NCBI GenBank assembly: GCA_001662655.1
Contig: KV460273.1
Reading direction: 5' to 3' (one strand)
Origin: Pseudogymnoascus verrucosus
Lineage: Eukaryota
Length of the DNA: 64,000 nt
Positions 1 to 14,229 of the stretch are shown in pieces. Below the pieces are notes generated by a model. That model was not told where the DNA came from, made no database searches, and worked only from the letters and a program-made list of their open reading frames with translations. How positions within the stretch are numbered: the first letter of the stretch is position 1; each line of letters begins with the position of its first letter. A program made the translations under genes and the position numbers.

Positions 1-1071
1 AGTGCACCGGCTCATGAAGGCGCATGGGATATACAATTTTGGGTGTAAGTTGAGTTACTTTGCATGCTGGGGAGTGTATGGTATACGGCGGGAAGCAGAC
101 CATTGTGCCGTATTACAGTTGTGTGTATATGGATTGTATGGAGTATGAGTGTGGGGGAAATGGCAAGCTGGCAGATCGAGCCGTCGACCGTCGACCGTCG
201 ATCAATCGGCTGTGACCCATGTAGTGGACAGAGCTCAGTGGATGGATGGTGACTGTCATCCTGGACTGAGGCTGAGGCTGAGGATCATACTACTTGACTC
301 TAAGGATAGATATAGAAGAAGAGTACACTGTGTTCGTTCGATTGGACGCGGTGCCATAGAATGAATGGACGTTGATGAGATTCTTTTGCCTCGAACCGGC
401 CAGAGTGTATTGTCGTACAATTCCAATTCGCATAGTAGGAGTCACACAGGAGATAAAGTAGTGTATGTATGTATGTGCATATCTGTACCTCCTCCGCACT
501 CCTCCGCACCAGATTACTCGTAGTGCCTGGGTTGAGTAATCTAGCCGCCGTATAGTATTTACTATAGTAAGTACTACTAGTATGTAGAGTAGTAGGACCC
601 TTTCTCCGCGACGACGGCGCGACGATGTGGTTGGTATAGTTACTACTAGTATTATTACTGCTACTAGAGCATATGTGTACTGAGTAAGTGTGGTATGTAG
701 GCGGGCGGTTGTGGTAGATGTGTACCGCGTCGTCGACTGTGTACTCTCCAAGTGCCATTCCCCAAGAATCCCCTAGGGTTCTCCCCCTGGTATGGTGGGA
801 ATGGTACCAATAACATACTTCCCTCTATAAACTATATTCTATACACCGGACTGTCTACGAGTAAGACAATAAGAACAATCCATCCCGTCGCGCCTTCTCC
901 TCCGCCTCCTCCGCCTCTGCCGAATCCCTGCTTTTAGACTGATTTAAGGTAAGGCTACTGTGGTCTACTGTGGTAGGTAAGGTACCGCCCAGTGTATATG
1001 TATGTACAAAGTGACAAACGTGCACACCTTCACACACACCGTACACACCGTACACACACATAGCTCCAAAA

Positions 1072-1081
1072 GACACGCTGT
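1072..1081 (-). promoter_or_regulatory. Candidate unfolded protein response element (UPRE) upstream of PDI
   Basis: GACACGCTGT; its reverse complement ACAGCGTGTC equals the core of the yeast KAR2 UPRE bound by Hac1. Lies ~350 bp upstream of the PDI ATG. Confidence 0.55.
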
Positions 1082-1433
1082 TCTTAGGTTTCTAAGCACT
1101 TAGCGAGTTCCGCCTCCATACCCAGATAAAGACAGCCACATCTCCACCTCTCACCGAATCTTACAATTCAACAATCACATTCTCTTCTTTATTTGTCTTG
1201 GTCAAAAGCAAGTTTGCATAGCTTGCAATTGGGTTCACAGCTAAGTCGAGAAGAAGACGACTATCAATACCCAACAGGTAAGCATCTCTGCCCCTCTATA
1301 TACATCCATTTGGCGGTACTCCCGCTATCACCGACCCCCCAGTCCCGCCACCTTCCCAAGCTTCCTATTTCTCCACGTTGAACCATTGCTAATTCTCGTT
1401 CCCACTAGATTATCAATAGAACGACCGCCCACA

Positions 1434-3056
1434 ATGTTCAACTTCAAGAACGTGGCCTTCGGCCTCATCGGCGCTGCTGCCATTGCCTCGGCGTCTGATG
1501 TCCACGACCTCAAGACCGACACCTTCCCGGCTTTCATTGCCGAGAACCCGCTTGTGCTTGCTGAGTTCTTTGCACCATGGTGCGGACACTGCAAGGCTCT
1601 TGCACCAGAGTACGAGGAGGCCGCTACCTCCTTGAAGGAGAAGGATATCAAGCTGGTCAAGGTTGACTGCACAGAGGAGGCTGAGCTCTGCCAGTCCTAC
1701 GGTGTTGAGGGTTACCCAACCCTCAAGGTCTTCCGCGGACCAGAGAGCGTTGCCCCATACTCTGGCCCTCGCAAGGCTGATGCGTAAGTCATTCTCATAA
1801 ACACCCTGGCAGAAATGCATACTAATTGCCATCTTAGGATCACATCTTACATGATCAAGCAATCCCTACCAGCTGTGTCTGCTCTGGACACCGAGACTCT
1901 TGAGGAGTTCAAGACCGCCGATAAGGTTGTCGTTGTTGCGTACGTTGATGCCGAGGACAAGGCGTCTGCCGAGATCTTCACCGCTATTGCGGAGGCTCAG
2001 CGTGACAGCTTCCTCTTCGGTACCACCTCTGATGCCGCCCTGGCCAAGGCCGAGGGTGTCACCGCCCCAGCCGTTGTCGTCTACAAGAAGTTCGACGAGG
2101 GCAAGAACACCTACACCGAGAAGTTCGTATCCGAGGACATTGATACTTTCATCAAGACCTCCGCCACCCCCCTTGTTGGTGAGGTCGGCCCAGAGACCTA
2201 CGCCGGCTACATGGAGGCCAAGATCCCCCTTGCCTACATCTTCGCCGAGACCCCTGAGGAGCGCACTGAGCTCGCTGAGCTCCTGAAGCCCCTTGCCGAG
2301 CAGTACAAGGGTGTCGTTAACTTCGCCACCATTGACGCCAAGTCCTTCGGTGCCCACGCCGGTAACCTCAACCTGAAGGTTGACTCTTTCCCCGCATTCG
2401 CCATCCAGGAGGTCGCCAAGAACCAGAAGTTCCCCTTCGACCAGGAGAAGACCATCACCCTCGCCGATATCACCACCTTCGTCAAGAGCTTCGTCGATGG
2501 CAAGCTTGAGCCAAGCATCAAGTCTGAGCCCATCCCTGAGGTCCAGGAGGGTGTCACCGTTGTCGTTGCCCTGAACTACGATGAGGTTGTCATCAACAAC
2601 GAGAAGGATGTTCTCCTTGAGTTCTACGCCCCATGGTGCGGTCACTGCAAGTCATTGGCTCCCAAGTACGATGAGCTTGCCGCCCTCTACGCCGCCGATG
2701 CCGATGTTTCCTCCAAGGTCACCATCGCCAAGGTTGATGCCACTGCCAACGACGTTCCCGATGAGATCCAGGGCTTCCCTACCATCAAGCTCTTCCCCGC
2801 CGGCTCCAAGGATGCCCCAATCACCTACTCTGGAGCCCGTACCCTTGAGGACCTTGTTAAGTTTGTCGCCGAGAACGGCAAGTACAAGGCTTCCGTCGTT
2901 ATCCCAGAGCCAGTTGAGGAGGTTAAGGAGGCTGCCGAGGAGGCTGCTGAGGAGGCTGCTGAGGTTGTTGAGGAGGCCACTGAGGCCGTGAAGAGCAAGG
3001 CCGCCGAGGCAACTGAGGCCGTCAAGGAGGCTGCTGAGGAGCACGATGAGTTGTAA
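1434..3056 (+). CDS. PDI1: Protein disulfide isomerase (ER)
   Basis: Signal peptide, two WCGHCK thioredoxin sites, C-terminal HDEL. Exons 1434-1783 and 1838-3056 (GTAAGT..TAG intron). Probable 5'UTR intron 1278-1408. Confidence 0.97.
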
Positions 3057-3349
3057 GCGTGATGGGGAATGAATCTTTTTAATACCTGTAATGTACATAT
3101 GCCTTACGCTCGCGTGTGAACTTTGGATTTGAGACGAAAGTATGATCTGCTACAAAAATTGCAACGAAATAAATTATACCTTGACACTATTTTGTGGAAA
3201 CCAACACAGGTGGAACTGTAACCTCTGTAAAATACTGCCCTTTGACAATGTGTATACTTGTGAACAGAATACGTCTTTATATCAAATCAGCCTCTCCCTC
3301 GTCCTGCAACTCCATAGCTAAAAATGGCAAAAAAAAAAGAGGCAAAAAA

Positions 3350-3468
3350 ACATACAACAGTGGGTATTCGCTGGTGGTCACCCACCCAACTACTAATCCA
3401 CCGATCTCAAGCTTGTGTATGGCAGAGCGGACGGGATGCCCAATTCTCTTGAGTCTATGGTCGTATGT
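3350..3468 (-). rRNA. 5S rRNA (dispersed copy 1)
   Basis: Minus strand ACATACGACCATAG...GATTAGTAGTTGGGTGGGTGACCACCAGCGAATACCCACTGTTGTATGT, ~119 nt, followed by poly-T Pol III terminators. TATA-like element ~22-30 nt upstream. Confidence 0.96.
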
Positions 3469-3982
3469 GTCAGTTGTTCGTCTCATAGAGTATATATACA
3501 ACTTCACACTTCGTACAATAAGTGGCGGCCGTCTAGGATTTTGTGTCTCGAGGTTGTGGCATCACGGCTACAAGTTGAGTTACGGAGGACAGTCATTTCA
3601 CGACATAGCTGGAACGTGATTTGTGTTTCGCAACTGCTAGACTTTGGTAGACTGCATTTTGTGTGCACCTATCTATGCATTGTAACGGTCCAGTAGCTCG
3701 CTACTGACTACCATTTTCTGAAACACAGTATGTGATCTGTTGCCTCTTGAGAATATATCAAGACTTTTCGTTCTCCTCGCTGGGGACAACGCCTTTTATT
3801 TGTAGTCTTGCCTTGGTAGATCGCAGGTATAACAAATAGATATTGTTACTATCGATTCCAAGGGCGATGCCGGATGGAGACGATTCCGCAAGCCGGTGCT
3901 GGCGGCGCCCACTTGGCTTCTCCGGCGAAACTGTTGCCCTTTGCACGGATCTGATTTGAGTTCAATAGAAGAGCCCTCCGTT

Positions 3983-4346
3983 TCATGTGTCCAGTACATC
4001 AACATCCAACTCCTCCATCATAGCCAGGGCCACAGACAAGCTCTCCATGAAGCCATTGACAGCAACACGCAGCATCCTGTTCGTTGTAGCTTTGTATTCG
4101 GTGCGCAGCACAGTCTTGTCACATTTCGCATCCGACGTCGGCGCAACGAGAGTCAGCGTGCGGCATACAAGGGCAGATAGCTCTTTGTCAACCTGTAGGG
4201 CCTGCAACGCAGAGGAAGCAAGGCGCTCAGTCGGCAGCGGGATGTCAATGACGCTGTATAGATGTCAGAGTATATTTTTTATTTAGTGTGGTTCATGATC
4301 TGCCTTACAGCGAGCATGGAAACTCCGGGTCCACGGCGACAGCCAT
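3983..4346 (-). CDS. PCC1: EKC/KEOPS complex subunit Pcc1
   Basis: Exons 4346-4309 (MAVAVDPEFPCSL) and 4253-3983 (VIDIPLPTERLASSALQALQVDKELS...YKATTNRMLRVAVNGFMESL), matching the Pcc1 pattern. GTAAGG..CAG intron. Confidence 0.85.
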
Positions 4347-5023
4347 AGTAACTCAAGTATAGCGTATATGTGAAGGGGCCTGAAACTCGGGGTGGTAATG
4401 TAGGGATCTTCGTAGCCTGGACGACTGGTCGGTGTCGATAATGCAGGTCCGTCGCGGCTCAAAACCCCGCGGCACGGACCAGTCAATTAGAGGCGTTGCT
4501 ATGACAAGCGCACCCGCTTAGCAGTCCGGCCTCTGATTGGTTAAATCGGGGGGTAAACAACAACATATGGCCAATTGGGGCAACGTAGGCCTAAACAGTG
4601 CTTCTGGATTATTCGTATAATAATAGAGAGGTACAGTCCAGTCTTCAAAATACCAACAAGCCGACTTTCTACCAACGATCTCCTGTATTTACTCTCTCGC
4701 CCAGCTATATACTTCTTCCTTCGACACTGAGAAGGTTGACGAGTCTCATTCCCACACCAGCGACGAGTTCAAGCTTCATATATTCCTGCTCTATATCGAA
4801 GATAATGTTTGGTCAATAGCACGTTGCCACATCATCACGCCTGCCATTCCCTGGCAACTAGAAAAAGCAATACTTCCTCTTCGACCATTGCACCTACTAT
4901 ACACGCGAGTCGCTCCTGCCTCACTTGCTGTTTGAAAGCAAGCAACGAAACGTATAACACAGAGAGCCTGGCAGTCGCAGTGCCTTGAATCTTGTTTACC
5001 AACACAGCAATCTAATCTGCATC

Positions 5024-7261
5024 ATGCCTTCTACCGTGCGCTCCCATTATGGGCAGATCATTGAGTATATACCAGGTAAGCATTCCAGAATCGCTCCTTC
5101 CCAATAGGTGTCTCCGTGGAATGCCGTCGGCGCCATATTTCTCCCATGCCGTGGTTTGCGCTCCGACGTGTAGATACCATGGCACGGGAGCATGTTGGAT
5201 ATCGCCGCCCGTATCGCCATTTAGTATTGCAGGACCATCATTCACTATCCAAGTATTTGTTTGGTCTTAAATGGGTCCCTCAATATCCGACGCCGAGACC
5301 CTCGTTGCTGGGCGCAAACAACAAGGCCCCAAATCATTGCTAATGTTTCTGCCAGACCGTTTATACCTAGCATCCTACACATCTACCCCAGGTCCCGACA
5401 CTTACTTCCCATACCACGATAAACAACCCTCGAGGCGATCTCCGTCAAAGCGCTCATCCAGAGCTATTGACGGACCGGAACCAGTGGCAAAGGACCAGAA
5501 CCCACCCTGCTACTTCTCTGTTGACGATACCCTGCTTTACAATGCTTTCCACCACGACTTCGGACCATTGCACATCGGACACCTCTACCGCTTTGCCGTC
5601 CAATTCCATGATATCCTCGGCGCGCCTGAGAACAAGGCGAGGCCAGTTGTTTTCTACAGCAAAGCTGATCCCCGCAGTATGTTGAATCTCCATAGATCGC
5701 AAGGAATGTTGCTGACAATAACTTTCTAGGCCGTGCAAATGCAGCTTGCCTGCTCGCATGCTACATGGTGTTGATCCAGTCATGGGCTCCCCATCTTGCT
5801 CTTGCGCCGATCGCCCAAGCCGACCCACCTATGATGCCTTTCCGCGACGCTGGATACAGCCAGGCTGATTACGGAATCACCGTTCAAGATGTTGTTTACG
5901 GTGTGTGGAGAGCGAAGGAGGAAGGCTTCTGCGCCTTACCACAGTTTGATCTCGAAGAATATGAGAGGTACGAGCGTGTGGACCAGGGTGACTTCAACTG
6001 GCTCACTCCCGACTTCCTTGCCTTTGCTTCTCCCCAACATACACCTGTGGCGCCAATCGCCAAGTCATCACCTTTGTATGCCACCCTTCCCACGACATTG
6101 GACCAGGTGGACGCCCACCCTACACTCCCCCAGCCATTTAAGAATGTGCTCACACATTTCGCCGAGCGCCAGATTGGCCTTGTCGTGAGGCTAAACTCGG
6201 AGCTATACTCTCCCTCATATTTCACGGCTCTCGGTATCGAGCACCTCGACATGATCTTCGATGATGGCACTTGCCCACCGTTGACAACTGTTCGCAAATT
6301 CATCACTCTGGCCCACGAGACCATCACCGTCAAGAAGAAGGGCATTGCAGTTCACTGCAAGGCCGGACTTGGACGTACCGGTTGCCTCATTGGCGCATAC
6401 CTCATCTACAGGTACGGCTTCACTGCCAACGAGATTATTGCATTCATGCGCTTCATGCGCCCCGGAATGGTGGTCGGCCCCCAACAGCATTGGCTTCACC
6501 TGAACCAAGGCACTTTCCGCAAGTGGTGGGAGCGCGAGCAGTTCGAGATCGACATGCGCGCCCAGATCGAGTCAGAGATCAAAGCCAAGTTGGCCGCCGC
6601 ACCAAGCACCCCTACCAAGGCGACCCAAAAATTCCGCCTCAACAGCGCACAAGTCGCCACCCCTCCCAACGGCAGCCAAAACAGACGTGCTCCCCTCGGC
6701 GAAGTCGACAACGAGCGCAACAGCCTCGGCGTCCAAGAAGACTGCCTCCCCGCCCCCACCCCGGGCCAGCCACGAAAGGGCAGCCGCAGCGGCAACGACC
6801 GCCACCACCCCTATGGCCGAAACACGGGCAGCTACGGCAGCTCTGAGGAAGCCACCGAGGTCAAGCGCGAGACGGAGATGATCTCCATCCACCGGCAATC
6901 CGTGCATGGCGAGTCCGAAGACGAGGAGTGGAACGTGCGTGTCCGCACCACGCGCAAGTCGTCGCGCTCGCCCGCTCGCAGCGAGGCGCGCTCCGTCAGC
7001 CAGACGACCACGACCATCTACTCCGCCATCGACAACGATAGCAGCAACGATATTGAGAATATCGGCAGCGGCCGCCCCAAGACGCCCGGAAGCATGAAGT
7101 CCGGAAGCGGATCCCAGACCATCGGCATGAAGGTCCGCGGGAGCCCGAAGCGCGCTGACTCGCTCATGGGCGACAAAGCGCGCGCGGGTGTCCGGAAGGC
7201 CAGCGGTCGCGTGGGGAGCGTCAGCTTGACTGCTGCTACGCGCAAGGCGTCTGGTCTCTAA
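5024..7261 (+). CDS. CDC14: Dual-specificity phosphatase Cdc14
   Basis: HCKAGLGRTG catalytic motif, DFGPLHIGHLYRF N-domain, RPGMVVGPQQ. Exons 5024-5075, 5356-5676 and 5730-7261 join in frame. Confidence 0.96.
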
Positions 7262-8349
7262 GCCTTCCGTCTGTCCGCCATTGTTAGGGAGGCATAATCT
7301 GCTCCCTGGAGTTTTTGTTCCGCATAGAAAGTCGACGGATTTTTGCACTGCATTGTTGTTGTTTGTGTATACGAATTCCTGTCTGTCGTTTCGCAAGCCG
7401 GTCGGTCGGTAGTTTGCATAAGAGAAAGGGGCGTTTCATAGGCATAGGCATAAGTCATCGTCTCCATGTCTGGGCGGGGGCGCCTGGTTTTTTATTGCGT
7501 TTGGGCGCAGCATAGTGTGTGTGGATTGGTTGTTTTTCTGCTTTTGGAGTTTGGGAATTGGGTGGGCGTTTGTGATGATGGGGGTTGTGTTGTTTGGGTT
7601 CTAATAACCATTATTGCGTGTTCTTGTTTGGGTTTGGACTATACTGGAGAATGAATGATGATGAGGTTGATGATAGAGATTACTAACTGAGAAGACATCA
7701 ATGAAAGCACAAATTCATGAATTCTATTTACTTATGTTTGAAGTTGTGATTGTTTGTCTGCTATGAGTGAACTTGAGTGATGATGAGACGCGTGAGGTGG
7801 CCAGTCACATGTTTGTATGCATGCATGATATCATCATCATACTCAAGTGTCAACAAACATATCACAATAGGCACAATCATTGCTACTCATCGACTGAACG
7901 TGCAAATGCTTTTTTTTATTCATAGTCTGTCTAAGTGAGATAGAGACGCCCACTTGGGTAGTAAGACCTCTATACCCCGCCGGAGATTAAAGAAATCAAG
8001 GAATCTTTGTCTTGTGTGTTTACGCTTGATCGATCGAGAGAGATAGAGAAGAGAGAGAGAGAGCGACAAAAAAGGTTGTGTGGAAGACGCCATCGGCCAG
8101 TGCAGGGGCAAATTCTATTCTTGACAAACTAGACGAGGCCAAAAAGGTAACAAAGATAGCCTTGGAACGCGTTAGGGGTCCCCCATCAGAAAAACGTATA
8201 GCGCGCGCAAAGATTTTCTGTGAATGAACCTCCAAAAAGCTCCGTCGTTTGTGTGTCGACAAATAGGTTATGCGAAAACGTGCTAAAAGCAACCCCATTA
8301 CTTCACAAGTAACCCGCATGACCGATCAGGAACGCCAGCTTTTGTCAAT

Positions 8350-9361
<1,012 letters not shown>

Positions 9362-10773
9362 TTTGGCGGGGATTGTGCTGTGATCAGAATACGTTAGTAA
9401 ATGATGTACTGACGTTTGTTTGGAAGGCCAATGGGGCCGATAAGCCTCGTGCGGGTTAGGTGGTGTTAGGTGTCGCGCTAGATGCGTCTAGGGCAAGCTG
9501 GACGGCCAGAGGTGAACATGGACGATTGATATCTGGAGGATGGTCGCAATGATCTGATATCGGTATCTAGCTAGATATAGTGGACTTTGTGCTTGTGGTA
9601 TGCCGTGCAGCTGATGGTATGAGAGGACAAGGTGCCATGTATGTGGGTTACCCCTCCATGGTTCCCGTGCCGATGGGGTCGTCGGGTATCACAACAACGG
9701 GAGCGAGAGTCGCAAAGCCGCGTTGACAATGATAAAGAGATATGTCGATGAGGCGCTCCGGATGGCGCAAGATATAGGATCCATTGAAGGGTAATGTTGT
9801 TGTCCGATGGAATGGGGGTAGGGGAAGGGCTTTGGGGGGTGAAATGGCGGATAACGATCGCCAAACAACAACAACATAAAGGAGAAAGTGCTCACCTGTC
9901 TTTTATAGAGGAGGTGAGGGGTTCTAAGTGAAGAATGAGGTTGATCAGACAGAAGACGGATCAAGGCGAGGGTAAAGTGAGATTATAAAGCGTGTCAAGG
10001 GGAAATATTGTGTATTTTGAGGTTTGGGTGAGTTGAGGTTGAAGCAGGTGGGAAGCGGATGGAACAACCGCAGTCTCTCGCTGTTTTTGGAACTAAACCG
10101 AATGAGGAAGGGACGAGTGTCGATCCAAGGAGTGAGGGGATGTGCGCTTTGGGGGGACGAGAGCGCAATCAGGCTGCTTTTCCTCAACAAAGGCATAAAT
10201 TTGAAATTATGGGGGTAGATATATAAAATTGTAGTATTTTATTGGAAGTTGTAGGTATTTTCAATTATTTATTTAGTAATTACTATATATTTCTATATTT
10301 ATGTTTTGACGCGCGCTGTACATGACCGGTCGGAGAATATAAATTGCATGTACTGTACAGCACAGATAGATAGGGATAGGACGAAGGCCACGGTGTGTAA
10401 CTGATTGCTACTGGGTGCTACTAGATACACATCCACTACAATTCTACACGCACACCCAATGACATACTCTACGTATCTGCTCACAGCCCCAATACACCCG
10501 CATCCAATCAGGTGACCCCAATCTACCACCGTCCACACACCACCCACTAACCCCCAAAAAACCCCGTCTAATACCGCCCCCAGCTCAGGGTTCTACAGCA
10601 TCCCCCAATCACGTGACCAAACAACCTATCCGAGCTTGCCCGTTCCGCCGCCAAGCAATGAGCTCAAGCTTGAAATCGGGCTTCCAAGGAAACCTACCTC
10701 CACCTCCACCTCTAACTCATAACCATATCAATTCCACCCCCAAAACACCACACAACCCACAAACTCACAAAAT

Positions 10774-11313
10774 ATGTTCCGCCAGTCCATCGTCAAGGCC
10801 ACGCGCCCCGCGACCCGCGCATTCGCAACCACCGCCCGCGCCATGGGAGCCGGTGATACCGGTTCTGTCCGCCCATCTGGACAAACGTATGTTGCATCAC
10901 CACTACCTACCCCCCCCCCCTTCTATCCGGAGACGGGACGAGCTGAGGAGAATCTTGACTAACTGTCGTGGTGTTGTAGTGATGCGTTCCAGAAGCGCGA
11001 GAAGGCGCAGGAGGATTTCGCTATCCGCCAGCGCGAGAAGGAGAAGCTCCTGGAGCTGAAGAAGAGACTCGAGAAGTCGCAGGATCACATCAAGAAGCTT
11101 GAGCAGGATATGTGAGATTCCCCCTTTGCAACTATATTCATACTATGAGTAGACATTATATTAGAACAGAGTGCTGACGGAGCGTCTCTTACAGTGATGA
11201 GTTCACCAAGAACCAGGGCGGCGAGCAAAAGTGAGTATGCCGCGACACCCCCCCCCACGGGACGCATTGGATGGACACTGGGCATAGCTGAGGCTTTCTC
11301 TCCGTTTAGCTGA
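10774..11313 (+). CDS. INH1: Mitochondrial F1Fo ATPase inhibitor (IF1/Inh1/Stf1 family)
   Basis: Arg-rich presequence followed by GAGDTGS...DAFQKREKAQEDFAIRQREKEKL coiled coil. Exons 10774-10886, 10980-11111, 11195-11230, 11310-11313. Confidence 0.88.
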
Positions 11314-11694
11314 TAACCGATCTCCGTGGCGCCATGACGAGTTGAGTTCGAAGAGAGGAGGAGGAGGAGGAGGATTCACGTGGTGGCTGTGTTTAAATAG
11401 TTGGTAACGGACAGAGAGGTCCTATTGTACGGTGCAATTAACAGTGTACCATCACTGACGGCCCTCGGCCTGTGTAAACTCTCTACTGTCTCATATACAA
11501 CTCTCACCTCACCCCCCAACTGCTACCTGCGACCGACACATCTTCTTGAATAATACAAATTTCTCCACTCTCGCAAATACATGGGGCAAAAAAACGTCTA
11601 CTCCGTACCCTCTTTTGGGAAAAAACTCCATATACCCTAATCCTGTCCCCGCCCTTTCTTCGTGATGACCACCCGTTTCATGACCACCATCCCA

Positions 11695-13728
11695 TTACCT
11701 CCTGCCCAAATACGACCGGAGCATCTCGTGGGATGCCTCGGACTCGTTGTCGCCGTGGATGCTGGCGCCGAGGCTACGGCTCTCCTTTTGAGCAGCTGCG
11801 ACCTTGGCCTGGAGCGCAGCGGCGTTCTGATCAATCCATTGGAGTTGGGACAGATGTCCGTTAAGGACCTTGACGATCTGTTGTAGCTACACAATGTTAG
11901 ACTATGCATTTAGAAGAAGTTTACAAAACCCAAAACTTACAGGATCATCCGGCTTCCCAGCCTTGCTCAAGCTCGACGACGCCGTGTTGATTTCCTGGAT
12001 CATGCTCGTGAGATCCTTACCCATATCATCTAGACGCCCGGCCAACTTCTCAGCTAGCTTGTACATGCGCTCGCGCTCCTGATCCGGACCCTGAAGATTA
12101 TCGCTCGATCCCAGATTCCTGTTGAAGAGCTCATCAACATCCTTCTCGTAGCGATCCAGCCAGCCCTCTAGCTCTCCTTGCATGTTCTCCACAGCAGTAA
12201 GCTGCTTCTCTACCTCAGACGTAGCCCTCTCAGCCTCGAACGTGCTGACGTAGAGTTTCTGGATCTTATCTCCGTTCTCCACCAAGAGTCTATCCCAGGA
12301 TGCAACCTTTGTGGCCTGCTCCTGGAAGTCCTTCTGGTACTTGGAAAGGTCGCTCGCCCACCTGTTGATAATCTCATCCATAGTCCTGTTCTTCAAGCGG
12401 GACATCTGCGGCGCAGGCCCAGCGGTCGAGACATTTGGGTTGGTTGCCCCTGGAACTGCAGCTGCAGCAGCTGCGGGCGCCGTTGCAGGTGCAGCTGTAG
12501 AAGGGGTAGCTCCCGTGGCAGCAGGCTTAGCACCGAAGAGACCAGTAGCAGGCGCGGCACCAACTGCTGCAGTGGGCGGCGCAGCGGCTGATGTCGTTGC
12601 GGCGGCGGGTTTGGCACCGAACAGAGAACCGGCTGCTGGTGCAGCGGGTGCTGGTGCAGTGGTAGATGCAGGGGCAGCAGCAGAAGTGGTAGCAGCAGCG
12701 CCACCAAAAAGTCCACCAGGCTTGGGAGCTGCCGCAGTTGCTCCTCCGCCAAAAAGCGAAGGGGTTGCTGCTGCAGCCGCGGGGGCAGCGGGGGCGGTGG
12801 TTCCCGCCGGTGCGGCACCGGTGGTAGCTGGCGCAGCTGGGGGTTTCGCGGCCATGGCGCCTCCAAATAGACCTCCGCCTGCAGGTGCAGCAGGTTTCGC
12901 CGCGCCAAAGAGACCTCCAGGAGCTGGTGCCGCGCTCGCAGGTGCAGCCGCTGGCGCTGCTGGCTTGGGACCCCCGAAGAGACCACCACCAGCAGGAGCA
13001 GCGGGTTTATTCAGACCACCGAAGAGAGATGGCGCCGCAGCGTTACCACCTGCTGGAGTACCAGCTGGGGTTGTAGATGAAGGGAAGCTGAACATGCTGC
13101 CGGCTGGTTTGTTTGGAGCTGGTGTAGTTGAGCCGAGAGTAGGAGCAGCAGCCGGTGCATCAGCGGGTTTGGCTGCGCCGCCAAAGAGGTTGGCGGGTGC
13201 TGCGGGCGTCTCTGGCTTGTTCGGGGTAGGGAAGGAGCTGGTGGTTGGTGTAGAGCTGGGTGGGTTCTGAGTTGCACTCTGACCGAAGGAGAAGTTGCCA
13301 AAGGAAGAGGGCTGCTTGTTGGCCTGGAATCCACCACCGAAGAGTCCACCAGCCGGAGCCGCTGCCGGGGTTGCACCTGCCGTGGCTCCAGAAGTAGGCC
13401 CCCCAAACAAGCCCCCGGAAGGAGCAGTGGTTGTGGTTGAAGATCCAAACAAAGGCGCGGATGCGGTTGGCTTCGCAGCGCCTCCCCCGAACAGATTTGA
13501 CGGCGCAGTCGTAGCTGGCGTAGCGCCAAAAGAAAATCCACCTGGCTTTGTCGTAGCTGCAGCACCACCACCCCCAAAGAGGCCACCTGAGGCTGGCTTG
13601 TTATCCGTGGCACCTGCCGTAGGCTGGCCAAAAAGGCCCGTCGTGGGCGCGCCCGATGACGCTGGTGTAGTGGATTGTCCGAAGAGATTGCCACCAGTTC
13701 CACCTGGGGCACCGAAGCTGAAAGACAT
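11695..13728 (-). CDS. NSP1: FG nucleoporin Nsp1/Nup62
   Basis: MSFSFG start, many LFG/FSFG repeats, C-terminal coiled coil LKNRTMDEIINRW...VLNGHLSQLQWID. Intron 11940-11887. Confidence 0.93.
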
Positions 13729-14229
13729 ATTGGGTGAGATTCGTCTGTTGAGCTCGTTGAGGATGGCAATTCAGTAGGAGCTATGTCGTGGAAGAGCTTA
13801 TTGTCATGTATTTCGTTTGTTTCGAGGCAGAATTCTGCAGCGCACAGGATCGGGGCCGGACGCAAGTGGGCCAGTTGCGTGAATTCGTCCTCCTCTACAG
13901 ATCTGGACGCGTGCGTGAGGTTGAGAGGGAAAGCGTCGAGGGTATTAGACGTAAAACGTGATAAATCAAGTGGTAGCCCAGATAGCTTTTACCGTGAGGC
14001 GCGCGCGGATCGCGAATTTCAAGAGCACCCATGCATCATTGGGGATTTAGCGAGCCTCATTATTTTTGGGCATCCAGACCACAGCCCAGACCCGCCCTCG
14101 ACCATACACTTAACTTTTTATACACCGATGCATCCTGAGCGCTTCCATGGACTAGAGTTCTATCTACATTAAAGCCTTCAGTGCCCCCAAAGACGATAGT
14201 TTGCGTCCGCCGACGCCGCTGAAGACACG

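Noticed and set aside
175..700. CCGTCGA x3 and TACTA/TAGTA palindrome-rich stretch, plus 150-aa minus ORFs
   Set aside because: Low-complexity intergenic sequence; the ORFs have no recognisable protein features.
1413..3098. Minus-strand ORFs of 149-259 aa
   Set aside because: Antisense to the strongly codon-biased PDI gene.
4553..4582. Forkhead GTAAACAA plus Mcm1-like site upstream of CDC14
   Set aside because: The Fkh core is present, but the Mcm1 box is imperfect and in non-canonical order; too weak to call.
12178..13777. Long + strand Ala/Gly/Pro-rich ORFs
   Set aside because: Antisense shadows of the NSP1 FG-repeat region.
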